IMG/VR virus record: IMGVR_UViG_3300044844_000854
Span: 1-64,000 of that record
Source: a virus
Reading direction: 5' to 3' (one strand)
Length of the DNA stretch: 64,000 bases
Position numbers and translations under genes: made by a program
The notes under the pieces: model-generated
The model's input: the letters and a program-made list of their open reading frames with translations, nothing else
Told to the model about the DNA's origin: nothing
The model's database searches: none
In this document: positions 1-9,599 of the stretch, one piece after another
How the letters are laid out: every line of letters begins with the position of its first letter
Numbering within the stretch: position 1 is the stretch's first letter

Positions 1-19
1 ATATAATAAATAATCCATA

Positions 20-55
20 ATCTAAACTTGATCTAAACTTGATCTAAACTTGATC
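20..55 (+). repeat. Tandem 11-bp repeat ATCTAAACTTG x3
   Basis: Exact copies at 20-30, 31-41 and 42-52, plus partial ATC; a related ATTAAACTTG lies at 101-110. Confidence 0.9.
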
Positions 56-162
56 ATTTAAATCACTATCCAACATTCTTTAGATTAAAAAACATTTATG
101 ATTAAACTTGACAATTTGCACTTAGTATTTAATTTATCTTTTCAATGTTGATACAAAGAAAT

Positions 163-191
163 TTGACTTTTTCACTTAGAAATGATATAAT
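163..191 (+). promoter_or_regulatory. Sigma70-type promoter with extended -10
   Basis: TTGACT (163-168), 17-bp spacer, TG at 183-184, TATAAT (186-191), upstream of ORF 253. Confidence 0.8.
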
Positions 192-252
192 GTGTCTTGT
201 CAATGAATGACAATGACTTTTTTTCTTTATCCTGCAACTAAGGGGTACAGCT

Positions 253-1689
253 ATGACAGTTCAAATGTTCGGCTTATTTACTGCACCACAGTATGATTGT
301 GATGCAACTCGGTGGAATACAATGTGTGATCGAGTATCACAATTCACCTACAAGATCATTCGCAAATTACAAGACAATGATGTTCACTTTAGAGTGACTG
401 CTGAGTTCGATGTCGATGATGCTACAGGCTCAATGCAACATTTAGGTTGCAAAATCACTGCTTACAGACCACAATCCAAGATTGACATCGTTGACAACAA
501 GCCAACCATCAATGGTGAAACATTAGCTTTAAACCTTGAAATTAAGCTAAATTCTGCAAATCATGAAGAGATCACAATTCGCTTAGGTGAATATAGCTAC
601 TCAATGCTACATGATATGGCTACACTCGATGATCGTATGGCACTTGCTATTGAATGGCTACAAATGAAATTCATGCCAAGTCGCACCATGCTTGCAGAGA
701 TTGCAGACGATGTTGAATGTCATCGAGTTGCTACTCAACAAAACATCAAGTTTTACACTGAAATGCTTGCAGACTTGCTTGCCAAACAAGAAGCACTCAA
801 CAAGACTCGCATCGGCAAAAATTATGATGACTCTCAAGACATTTATTACAATGGTGTTCTTTTGATGCAACCAGCTATTGATGATGCTAAAGCTCAAATT
901 GATTACTATAACAAGCGACTTCTCTCTTACAGTGTCAAACTTGAACGATATGACTTTCCCCTGTATCATAGTCCAAAAAACTATTACAGGAGCATTGTTA
1001 ATCTTCCTAAAGGTTTTGTTCAGAAGCACAAATACTTCATTGAGGATGCCGTTGAATGCCTAGCTAACATTGGCAAATTATCCAATCGCGAGATCAATGT
1101 TGTAAGTCAAAAAATCTTCAACAAAACAGCATCTGCAAGCACCAAATTCCTACATTACAAGCACTTGTTCCAAAATGATCCAATCATCAAGGAATTGCTT
1201 GATCTTGCAATAGATGCAAAATACATTGATCCTAAGGACATTCCCATTGTCCCTAGCAAACGTCGTCTAGCTGAAATCAAAAAGACTTTACTTGAATTTA
1301 AGCGACAAAATGATACAACACAGAAAACTATCTATGAACAGGTCAATAACATAGACACTGAACGGGATCGTCCTGTTGTTACTCAGCTCATTAAAGATAA
1401 AAACGGCAAAATCCGAAAACGTGGGACAATGCAAATCGTAACTAGTTTTGATGACGGCGATACCTTTGAACAACGAGTTGAACTTAGAGAACTTGCGATT
1501 GATTGCTTAGTAACAATGAATATGTGCAGAGATAGCATCGTCCACCCCAAACCAGGCACACCTGAATATGAAGACCCACACAATGAAAAATACAGCCTAA
1601 AAAACATTGTTAAGTCAAATGAACAAAAACAACAGCCTGAAAAACCTGTGATCGTACCAACATTCTCTTGGGGACAATGGGGTAAATAA
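253..1689 (+). CDS. Hypothetical phage protein (478 aa) with a central coiled coil
   Basis: Long ORF with AAGGGG RBS behind a strong promoter; no family recognised. Confidence 0.75.
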   Translation: MTVQMFGLFTAPQYDCDATRWNTMCDRVSQFTYKIIRKLQDNDVHFRVTAEFDVDDATGSMQHLGCKITAYRPQSKIDIVDNKPTINGETLALNLEIKLNSANHEEITIRLGEYSYSMLHDMATLDDRMALAIEWLQMKFMPSRTMLAEIADDVECHRVATQQNIKFYTEMLADLLAKQEALNKTRIGKNYDDSQDIYYNGVLLMQPAIDDAKAQIDYYNKRLLSYSVKLERYDFPLYHSPKNYYRSIVNLPKGFVQKHKYFIEDAVECLANIGKLSNREINVVSQKIFNKTASASTKFLHYKHLFQNDPIIKELLDLAIDAKYIDPKDIPIVPSKRRLAEIKKTLLEFKRQNDTTQKTIYEQVNNIDTERDRPVVTQLIKDKNGKIRKRGTMQIVTSFDDGDTFEQRVELRELAIDCLVTMNMCRDSIVHPKPGTPEYEDPHNEKYSLKNIVKSNEQKQQPEKPVIVPTFSWGQWGK

Positions 1690-1769
1690 CTAGACCACTA
1701 TGGCTATATGCCTAAAAAAACGGAACATTAAAACCACACTTTAACTAAAAACACTTAACAAGATTACCT

Positions 1770-1797
1770 GCCTGATCTATATGGTTAGGCTTTTTTT
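1770..1797 (+). terminator. Rho-independent terminator
   Basis: GCCTGATC-TATAT-GGTTAGGC stem with G-U pairs, followed by T7. Confidence 0.65.
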
Positions 1798-1821
1798 ATC
1801 ACTATTTAGAATAGGATAGTT

Positions 1822-2166
1822 ATGCAATTCATCAACATAACCCCACATAGTATTGATCTACTTTTAGATAATAAAAAGATTAGTATCCCCCCAACAGGTG
1901 TAGTCGCACGATGCTCTGTTGACAGTGAACAATTACCTACTATTTCAGCTACATTTGATGGTATGGAATTTGAAATCCCAATGTCTCAAACAAGATTAGG
2001 TGAAATCGTAGGATTACCACCACAAATGCAAGATACCTATTATATCACTAGCATTGTTGTAGCACAAAAAGCATCTCAACTTGGTAGAGTAGATGTGATT
2101 GTTCCTGATGTAATTAGAGATAGTAAAGGCAACATTGTAGGATGTAAAGGTTTCTATCGTCCTTAA
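1822..2166 (+). CDS. Conserved uncharacterised phage protein (N-x-TPH ... GLP ... RD-x-x-G-x-I-x-GC family)
   Basis: NITPH, IPPTGVVAR, GLPPQ..DTYYITS and IRDSKGNIVGCKGF match a widespread phage family I recognise; AGGA RBS. Confidence 0.75.
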   Translation: MQFINITPHSIDLLLDNKKISIPPTGVVARCSVDSEQLPTISATFDGMEFEIPMSQTRLGEIVGLPPQMQDTYYITSIVVAQKASQLGRVDVIVPDVIRDSKGNIVGCKGFYRP

Positions 2167-2248
2167 TATCCCTAGCATTGTTTAGAACTATTGCTAAAAC
2201 ACTCTACCTTTAACTCAATCGTAGCATTTATAATTATATTATGAGTGA

Positions 2249-2277
2249 TTTACGACTAACATTAAGATTGCTATTCT
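2249..2277 (+). promoter_or_regulatory. Early-type promoter TTTACG-17-TG.TATTCT
   Basis: Same architecture as the promoters at 4282 and 6319. Confidence 0.6.
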
Positions 2278-2345
2278 TATTGTATCACTTGATTGATTTT
2301 TAAAAAATTGATCACAACAACAACCAAAAAACAAGGAAAATACAA

Positions 2346-3266
2346 GTGACACAGACACTTAAAGACCTTACCAAGATCGTTGCAGAATTAGCAAAAATTG
2401 CAGAAATTTATAGCGATGATCAAGACCGTATGCACAAAATCGTTTTAGCTCAGTTACCAATCTATGCACAAAGAGTATTGCTTTCTATGTGTGATGTTGA
2501 TGATAATGGTAGATATAATCTCAAACTTGATCTTAGAGCAGCAATCACTCAAATTGAAGATAAGGCTGAGGGATTTTACACTGATGTGCTTGATGGTGAA
2601 ACTCATAAATTGCTAGATGATATTTTTATGCAAATCGTAGATGCACTCATTGATAATAGCAATAGCGATCATCGTTTCACAAGCATTTCACTTATTGTAA
2701 ATAAAGCACAAAATGCACTAGATGCTCTCAAAAAATATTCTACTGAAGAATTTGATTGGCACTATTTTGCAATGGAAACTTGTGAAGATGATATTGAAGA
2801 AGCTAATTCTGAATTACCATCTATCCTAGAAGATGTTCAATCACAACTAGAAGATGCTCTTACACACACAGCTAATGATGCATTTGATCGCTTTAGATAT
2901 GATGTAAAACAACTCATTGCTGATACAGACAATATCATTGGTCAACTTGAAGGTGCATATAGCGATTATTGCGAAGCAATCCAAGCAAAAACACTTGAAG
3001 GCTATTTTGATGATGCTTGTCATGAGATTAGTGAATTGCTATTTGCATTTGTCTTGTTTCTTAGACCACTATGTGTCGTAGAATTTGAAGAACAAAAACA
3101 AAAGACTGCTCAAAACATGATTGCTAAACTAGATCGTGTTGAATTGTTAGAAAGACAAAATTCTGAATTACAACAACAATTAGATGTCGTAAATAAGGCA
3201 AACAAGGATTTAGAAGATTTGGTCAAAGGTTTTGCTGAAATCCTAGAGATCATGAAACAGAGTTAA
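2346..3266 (+). CDS. Acidic helical hypothetical protein (306 aa), probable paralog of 3453-4208
   Basis: GTG start with AAGGA RBS; D/E rich; C-terminal coiled coil. Confidence 0.75.
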   Translation: MTQTLKDLTKIVAELAKIAEIYSDDQDRMHKIVLAQLPIYAQRVLLSMCDVDDNGRYNLKLDLRAAITQIEDKAEGFYTDVLDGETHKLLDDIFMQIVDALIDNSNSDHRFTSISLIVNKAQNALDALKKYSTEEFDWHYFAMETCEDDIEEANSELPSILEDVQSQLEDALTHTANDAFDRFRYDVKQLIADTDNIIGQLEGAYSDYCEAIQAKTLEGYFDDACHEISELLFAFVLFLRPLCVVEFEEQKQKTAQNMIAKLDRVELLERQNSELQQQLDVVNKANKDLEDLVKGFAEILEIMKQS

Positions 3267-3452
3267 TATTTCAAAAAAACGGAATGTTCAAAAACAGTCA
3301 AATATAAACAATAAATTAAGAATGTGTTCAAAAACAGCAACATTTGAACAATAACAATCAAGGGCATCTAAGTATCATATATTTTAGAATACCCCACACA
3401 CTAGCATACTCATGATATGAGTATATTTTTCGTCCACAACAAAGGAAACAAA

Positions 3453-4208
3453 ATGGATGACACTTTAGATACATTGCAATTGATTAAAGACAATCTTGAG
3501 CAAAACAAAATTACAACTAGCACTGCTAAATCTCAATTACTAGATGCAATTCGTGATGGTATTGTGTTTGAGGCAATCTATGACTTAGAGAGATTGGATT
3601 GCACTACATCTTATCTTAGAGATAATGGTCAAGGCGATCAACATTTAACTAACTTGTTTCGTGATTTCTTAGATGAACATCATGAGTCATATTTTGGTAT
3701 TGCTAGAGCAAGATTTACTCAACTCTATAAAACAATCAAGATTGAACTCAAACACTATGCAGAACATGAATATGACTTTAACAATCAAGCAATAGAAGAA
3801 ATTGAATGCACAGAAGATGTTGAAACATCACTTGCAAATATCAAGCATGAATTACAAGAACTTCTACATATTTGTGATGATTTTAGCGATATTGATCAAA
3901 GAATGGAACAGGATATTGCAGTCATGTATAACAATATCAAACTTATCCAAGATCGTTTTTGTGCTAATCACAACACTAGACTAAAGCACCATAAAGAAGA
4001 TATTATTGCTATCTTTCATGATAAACAAGCTTCGTGCCTTGATTATTTAGATTTGGCTATGTTTATTGTTGATGCTATCTATGATAAAGAAAAAACAAGT
4101 GAAATTGTCGTTGAATTTGGATTTTCAGGTGCTGATCAAAAGATGGTTGAATTTATGACTAACATTAAACAAATGGTTGAAGATTTCAATAATAGTCGTA
4201 AGGCATAA
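3453..4208 (+). CDS. Acidic helical hypothetical protein
   Basis: ORF 3417-4208; AAAGGA RBS favours the ATG at 3453. Confidence 0.75.
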   Translation: MDDTLDTLQLIKDNLEQNKITTSTAKSQLLDAIRDGIVFEAIYDLERLDCTTSYLRDNGQGDQHLTNLFRDFLDEHHESYFGIARARFTQLYKTIKIELKHYAEHEYDFNNQAIEEIECTEDVETSLANIKHELQELLHICDDFSDIDQRMEQDIAVMYNNIKLIQDRFCANHNTRLKHHKEDIIAIFHDKQASCLDYLDLAMFIVDAIYDKEKTSEIVVEFGFSGADQKMVEFMTNIKQMVEDFNNSRKA

Positions 4209-4281
4209 TTTACTTAAAAAAACGGAATGTTAAAAAACCATCATATACACAATAGTAATCAATAGAATGATATTCTAGAAA

Positions 4282-4310
4282 TTTACTACTATCACTAAGG
4301 TTGATATACT
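4282..4310 (+). promoter_or_regulatory. Early-type promoter TTTACT-17-TG.TATACT
   Basis: -35 at 4282-4287, -10 at 4305-4310 with extended TG. Confidence 0.65.
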
Positions 4311-4374
4311 TAACCTATCTTAAATGATTGAATGATCAATCAACACAACAACACACACACAAGGACAACATGAA

Positions 4375-4629
4375 ATGAAAGCCTTACTATACCCATACGA
4401 TAGCGACCCTCAAGTAATCACAATCCAAGCATTTACAGATGCACAAGAATGTGTCGGTGGCATTGTAGAAATCCAATACAAAGGTGATGCAGAATTATTT
4501 GTATTCAATGAAGAAGGAAGAATTATGGAACTTCCACAAAATAAACACTATCAACAGTTTGTTGGCAATGTTTTGGTTGTCAACAGAAAAAAATTCGATA
4601 ATCTACCATTTGGCATACAAGGAGTTTAA
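4375..4629 (+). CDS. DUF3846-like small phage protein
   Basis: QECVGGIVEI...FVFNEEGRIMELPQN...FVGNVLV pattern is typical of DUF3846. Confidence 0.7.
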   Translation: MKALLYPYDSDPQVITIQAFTDAQECVGGIVEIQYKGDAELFVFNEEGRIMELPQNKHYQQFVGNVLVVNRKKFDNLPFGIQGV

Positions 4630-5457
4630 ATGCTAAACTATTTCGATTTAGATGCAGGCGATCATAAAAATGTAAGTTATGGTCAGCAATTCTACTCACA
4701 CCTTCAGCAAAATGCTCATATCTTTACTTATAGGATTGACAAGCTAACTAAAACCAACAGTGCTGAATGGGAACAAGAACGATCTCAATGGAAACTTGAA
4801 GCTGATTTGATTTGCACAGCCGTTCGTGATGTAAAAGCTGATATTAGTGATTTCACACCACAATATGTAAATGGTATCAAATTGATTGATCATGCTCTAG
4901 TGATGTTCACAGATAAACACAATGATCATGCAACATTTTATACTGTATCTAGACATGGTGCACCTAATGGTCAGCACATTGTTGTTCAATCACATTTGTT
5001 TGATAGTTACTACAAAACATTGCGATATTGGTCACAACAGAATGTAATCCGTCAGCCTGATCAAGCACTTCATGTTCTTTCTATTCTAGATTATTTCTAT
5101 AGAAAATCTGATGGTGAATTTTACTATGGTGAATTTTACTATGGTGATTGGTACACTTATGACACTCTTGGTTATCATTATGACTTTGATACTGTCAATG
5201 TACCTAGCACTAGAGAACTTGTACAACAATTGGGAAAAGGTGTACCACTTGCTACATCTCTAGAACTTGACAAAAAGGAACTAACACCTACTAAACCATT
5301 GTATTACAAAGATACAAACACTCTTATTGAGAACTACAAAGAGAAACAACGATACTTTGAAATGGTCAGAGATCTTCAACTTTGTCATGATGATGAAGAT
5401 ATGGAAGAATTTGATTTCAATGCAAGTGATTTGTTTGATGATGATGACTCTTTCTAG
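4630..5457 (+). CDS. Hypothetical protein with an acidic C-terminal tail
   Basis: GGAG RBS; internal duplication GEFYYGEFYYG; ends DLFDDDDSF. Confidence 0.75.
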   Translation: MLNYFDLDAGDHKNVSYGQQFYSHLQQNAHIFTYRIDKLTKTNSAEWEQERSQWKLEADLICTAVRDVKADISDFTPQYVNGIKLIDHALVMFTDKHNDHATFYTVSRHGAPNGQHIVVQSHLFDSYYKTLRYWSQQNVIRQPDQALHVLSILDYFYRKSDGEFYYGEFYYGDWYTYDTLGYHYDFDTVNVPSTRELVQQLGKGVPLATSLELDKKELTPTKPLYYKDTNTLIENYKEKQRYFEMVRDLQLCHDDEDMEEFDFNASDLFDDDDSF

Positions 5458-5604
5458 ACATACTTTAAAAAAAACGGAATTGTAAAAAAGATACCCCACC
5501 TATAAGCATTACAATCTTTTAATAAAAGAGAACTAATGAAATCCCCCTTTAGCTTTAATGACATTAGAGCTAATACAACAACCACTCTCTCAAGGAAAAT
5601 ACAA

Positions 5605-5979
5605 ATGGCAGAATATACACCTGTCTTTCTTAGAAGAATGAAAACAGCTAAATCATCTAAAGAGCAATACCTTAGAATTTACGATGATATTAAGCTAGAA
5701 CTTGCTAAATCGTTTGTCGTAAAAGAAACAGGATTTGTAAGTCAATATCCACCAATGGAAAGCGATCACACAGAGTCAATCTCTTTTTCTCTTTCTCTCA
5801 ATGGTTTGGTGTTCTATCTATCTGTTGATTATGATGGCAGATTATCTGTATATCTTGCAGGTCAATCTACAAGAAATGTTGCTCAAGTCGTAGTACCTTA
5901 TGATGTTGCACTTATTTGTGTATGGTTTAGATCACAGATCAATTATCTCTCTCACTTTGCAGAAAAAACGGAAGGTTAG
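5605..5979 (+). CDS. Hypothetical protein
   Basis: ORF 5536-5979; AAGGA RBS favours the ATG at 5605. Confidence 0.65.
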   Translation: MAEYTPVFLRRMKTAKSSKEQYLRIYDDIKLELAKSFVVKETGFVSQYPPMESDHTESISFSLSLNGLVFYLSVDYDGRLSVYLAGQSTRNVAQVVVPYDVALICVWFRSQINYLSHFAEKTEG

Positions 5980-5982
5980 AAA

Positions 5983-6177
5983 ATGAAATTATATGCCATT
6001 TATAAGAGTAGAAGATGTAGAGAAACAGGTGAAACAAGACCCGCTCGACTAATCTCTAAGGGACACACACTTGAATATGTTAGAGAAATCTGCAATAGCC
6101 CAGAGTCAAGTAGTGATCACAATTACAATCCTAGAGCAAAATATGATTGGTTTTTATTCTATGCAAGTATGAATTAA
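5983..6177 (+). CDS. Small conserved early phage protein
   Basis: KGHTLEYVREICNSPESSS...WF resembles a common phage family (GLTLEEAQAHC.DPETSS..WF); GAAGG RBS lies inside a motif copy. Confidence 0.65.
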   Translation: MKLYAIYKSRRCRETGETRPARLISKGHTLEYVREICNSPESSSDHNYNPRAKYDWFLFYASMN

Positions 6178-6318
6178 ATCATAAAGATAAAAATGCTCTC
6201 AGATGTGTCTAAAACCTATCTAAAAACGATTTTAAAGTGTTTGGGCTACCTACATATCATTTTGATACTTAAGTGCCTTAAAATGCTTAAAAACGACTAA
6301 TGATTAAATTGATGGATA

Positions 6319-6347
6319 TTTACCATAATCACTTAGATTGTTATACT
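6319..6347 (+). promoter_or_regulatory. Early-type promoter TTTACC-17-TG.TATACT
   Basis: -35 at 6319-6324, -10 at 6342-6347 with extended TG. Confidence 0.65.
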
Positions 6348-6450
6348 TATATCATAAATTTGTTGTGCTGATTAAATCACTACATACAAAAAATTCCCTA
6401 GCTATTCATCAAATGAGTAGCACACCTTCCACAAAAAAGGAAAACACAAA

Positions 6451-7164
6451 ATGTCAGATATTGACTTTGAAAACACCACTAGAAAAACAACTTCGTATTT
6501 CTTAACAAATCCATTTGGCACAGCAGACATGATCTTTATCAGAAAAACAATCTTGCTTGAAGAAACTGATGCATTTGAAGAAAATTGCGATAACGATGAT
6601 ATTCCTTATGTTATGGCAGAAGCTATTGTTGTTCACAATGTAAATTCTTTAGTGCTAGAACACATCTGTGAAAAAACAAACTTTGATAGATCAGAGATTT
6701 TGGTTGAACTTGAAGGTCGAATTTTCGATGGTGTCAACAACTATTATGAAGCAGCTGAACCTGTAAGATCATTGTTAATGAGTCATTCTTTCTCTATGTT
6801 CAATCAAACAGAAGAAGACAGTGATGATAAATTCTTTAGTATCAATTTCACTCACTTCGGTACTTCACCACACCAAAATGGTAAAATGCATGAAGTGATT
6901 AGAAACAATGGCTTTCTCATTGAACAAATGGTCGAACTCTATAATAGAGTGTATTATGGTTGTACACATCAGGTTGTCATTGACATGATCACTAGAATTA
7001 AAAGACAACGATATGTTGATGATCTTGAAGGCTTTTTTGAAAAACGACTATATGCTAAAGAGTTGGCAGATGATATTAGCGAAAACACTAAATTCTATCA
7101 AGAGTATTTCAACCTATACGGCGAGGAACACCCTGATCTTATTGGTGATATTCGCAAGTTTTAA
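6451..7164 (+). CDS. Acidic hypothetical protein (237 aa)
   Basis: AAGGA RBS; codon usage like its neighbours. Confidence 0.75.
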   Translation: MSDIDFENTTRKTTSYFLTNPFGTADMIFIRKTILLEETDAFEENCDNDDIPYVMAEAIVVHNVNSLVLEHICEKTNFDRSEILVELEGRIFDGVNNYYEAAEPVRSLLMSHSFSMFNQTEEDSDDKFFSINFTHFGTSPHQNGKMHEVIRNNGFLIEQMVELYNRVYYGCTHQVVIDMITRIKRQRYVDDLEGFFEKRLYAKELADDISENTKFYQEYFNLYGEEHPDLIGDIRKF

Positions 7165-7380
7165 AATACCATTGCTATTATCGTGTGATTAGTAGTTTGT
7201 ATATATTCAAGATTATGTTGATTTTTATATAAGACTAATGTAAAAGATTTTGACAAGCCAAAACAAACCTATGATATAGGTTAAAAAAACGGCACATTAA
7301 AAAACAATCATATTTTAGATATGACAAAATGTTAGCTAATAAACTAACAGACACAACCAAAAAAAACGGAGCATTAAAAA

Positions 7381-7662
7381 ATGCAATACTTAAAGCACTT
7401 ATCATATTTAGATATGAATACGAATTGGCTAACAGAGCAATTTATCATCATAGGCAAAAACTCATACTTGATGAAAAAAAACGGGCAGTTAAAAAGTGGA
7501 TTATTTAAAACAGAGAATATCAAGGTATCTAAACAAAAAGACAACACCTATGATCTATTTGTAACAGTAAGACACTCACAAGGGAATGATATTGTAGCTG
7601 AATATGGCTTACCTGATGATGAATTAAGAGTGATGGTAGAATTATACTCTAGACACCAATAG
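7381..7662 (+). CDS. Hypothetical protein (93 aa)
   Basis: CGGAG RBS within a motif copy at 7367. Confidence 0.65.
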   Translation: MQYLKHLSYLDMNTNWLTEQFIIIGKNSYLMKKNGQLKSGLFKTENIKVSKQKDNTYDLFVTVRHSQGNDIVAEYGLPDDELRVMVELYSRHQ

Positions 7663-8237
7663 AGAACAGCACCACAGCACCACATGAAAAAACGGAACAT
7701 CAAAAAACGGAATATTAAAACACTTTTTTAGATACCCCCCTATATACAATATAAGAATAACACACTAAAAAAACGGAACTTTACAAAACCCCCCTTAATA
7801 ATTAGATTACCCCTCATATATGTATATCTATAGTAATATTAGCATAGACACAATAAAGAAATTATTCTAATTTTACACTAAATCCACAACTTTAGATCAA
7901 ATTTCAAATATTCTCTACTAGAGTAAATCATAAAGCCAATCCAATAAATTCTAAGAAATGCCCTATTTATCGGGGTTTGCGACTGCTTTCGTCCCTTCCG
8001 TTTCTTTAAAAGTATGGTTTTCTAGGGGGTAAAATATAAGAGGTTGTATTCATTTTCAATCAGGTTTTACATGATTTTTTATTTGCCTTATAGAAAAGAT
8101 TTATTTATATGTGTTTTTGTCGTGGTTTTTTCGCCCTATCTTGTCTTTTAGAAAGTGATGATCAAAAGATAGTAAATCATGACCGTTTTTTTTCCCCTTT
8201 TTCCCCTTTACTCTTCTTTTATAGTAGGTAAAAAATC

Positions 8238-9131
8238 ATGACCGTTAAAAAGTCAATTAAAAATCAAGCTGTTCAAGTGCCTGTTGTTGCCACTGTTCAA
8301 GCTGTTGAAACTTCTAAAGCTGTTGATTTTGTTCAAGCTGTTGTTTCCCCTGTTGAAAATGCCGTTGCTGTTGGTGGTACGGTTGCCGTTTCTTCCCCTG
8401 TCGCTGTGGTAAAGTCTATTTCTTTAGATATTATCAGCCTTATCAATGCCCCAAAAACTAAAACTATCAAGGTTGATCAGCCTAAGAAAGAAAAATCAGC
8501 ATTTAAGAATTTGAATGATCAGTATCATGACTATATCAAATTTTCTTTGTCTGTTTTTGGTTATGTGGCAAGTTTAAATGATGTTAAATCTTTGTGCCGT
8601 CTATCATCAGATTTTGACGATGCTTTTTCTAAGTCTGTGCTAAAAAATGGGCTTGGTTCTGTTGATCATGATGATAACTATTCTGGTAAAATCCTGTTTT
8701 CTGGTTGCCCTGTTGTGTCATTGGTTGATCATCAATTCTTTTGCTATTCTAAAGCTTATAATGATGACTTGAAAGATAAAAATCATGCTGGTTTATATAG
8801 CTGGCAAGTCGCAAAGTTTCTCAAAGCTTTATTGATTGCTCAAGCTGTGAAAAATCAAAAGTCTTTAGAGATTGCCCCCCCTTCAAGTTGTCCTTTTGTT
8901 TCGTTATCTTGGGCAAGCTATTGTTCAGCATTCAAATTGCTAGGCTGTGAAAAGATGAGCATTCAAAAGATTGACCATCTCAAAACAAAATTTGACGGTG
9001 CTTTAATTGACAGTATAAGCGAAGATTTACTTGATATAGATATTCAAGGGCTGTTTAATGCTGTTTTAAATTTTGCCCCTGTTGTTGCTGTCCCTGTTGC
9101 TGTCCCTGTTGCCCCTGTTGATAACAAGTAA
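8238..9131 (+). CDS. Hypothetical protein with Val/Ala/Pro low-complexity ends
   Basis: 297-aa ORF with AGGT RBS; its ends are built from GCTGTT/CCTGTT repeats. Confidence 0.7.
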   Translation: MTVKKSIKNQAVQVPVVATVQAVETSKAVDFVQAVVSPVENAVAVGGTVAVSSPVAVVKSISLDIISLINAPKTKTIKVDQPKKEKSAFKNLNDQYHDYIKFSLSVFGYVASLNDVKSLCRLSSDFDDAFSKSVLKNGLGSVDHDDNYSGKILFSGCPVVSLVDHQFFCYSKAYNDDLKDKNHAGLYSWQVAKFLKALLIAQAVKNQKSLEIAPPSSCPFVSLSWASYCSAFKLLGCEKMSIQKIDHLKTKFDGALIDSISEDLLDIDIQGLFNAVLNFAPVVAVPVAVPVAPVDNK

Positions 9132-9177
9132 AAAATCAGCCTGTTCTTCCACTCATAACAAAAGAAAGTTTAATCTA

Positions 9178-9393
9178 TTGTCAATAACTTATAAGTTTGT
9201 TGATAGCTTAGAAGAAATTACAAAAGTTAAAAATTCAGTTTATCAGATTTCAAAAGATAGCTTTGTCATCAATGAAAATATGATGGTTTTTAGCTGTCTA
9301 GCTAGTCTTGAATACGAGCTAAAAGAAACTAAAAAAATTGAATTGGTTTTAACCTGTAAAAATAGAAATTTTACTTGTACCATAAAAAAGTAA
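9178..9393 (+). CDS. Possible small hypothetical protein (start uncertain, TTG at 9178)
   Basis: 3' part of ORF 9073-9393 fills the gap after 9131; the 5' part is repeat-derived overlap. Confidence 0.4.
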   Translation: MSITYKFVDSLEEITKVKNSVYQISKDSFVINENMMVFSCLASLEYELKETKKIELVLTCKNRNFTCTIKK

Positions 9394-9520
9394 AAAGTTT
9401 CTAGGCTGTCCCCTGTTGCCCCTGTCCCCTGTTGGCTGTCCCTGTTGGCTGTCAATGATAACTCAAAACACTAAACACTAAACACTAAAAAAAAGAAAAG
9501 AAAACAGTTTTAAAAATGGT

Positions 9521-9545
9521 AGCCGTCTAGAATGACGGTTTTTTT
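9521..9545 (+). terminator. Rho-independent terminator
   Basis: AGCCGTC-TAGAAT-GACGGTT followed by a T run. Confidence 0.7.
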
Positions 9546-9599
9546 ATTGCCTGTTTTCTTCCCCTGTTTCCCCTGTTTTCAATAAGGTAAAAAAACACG

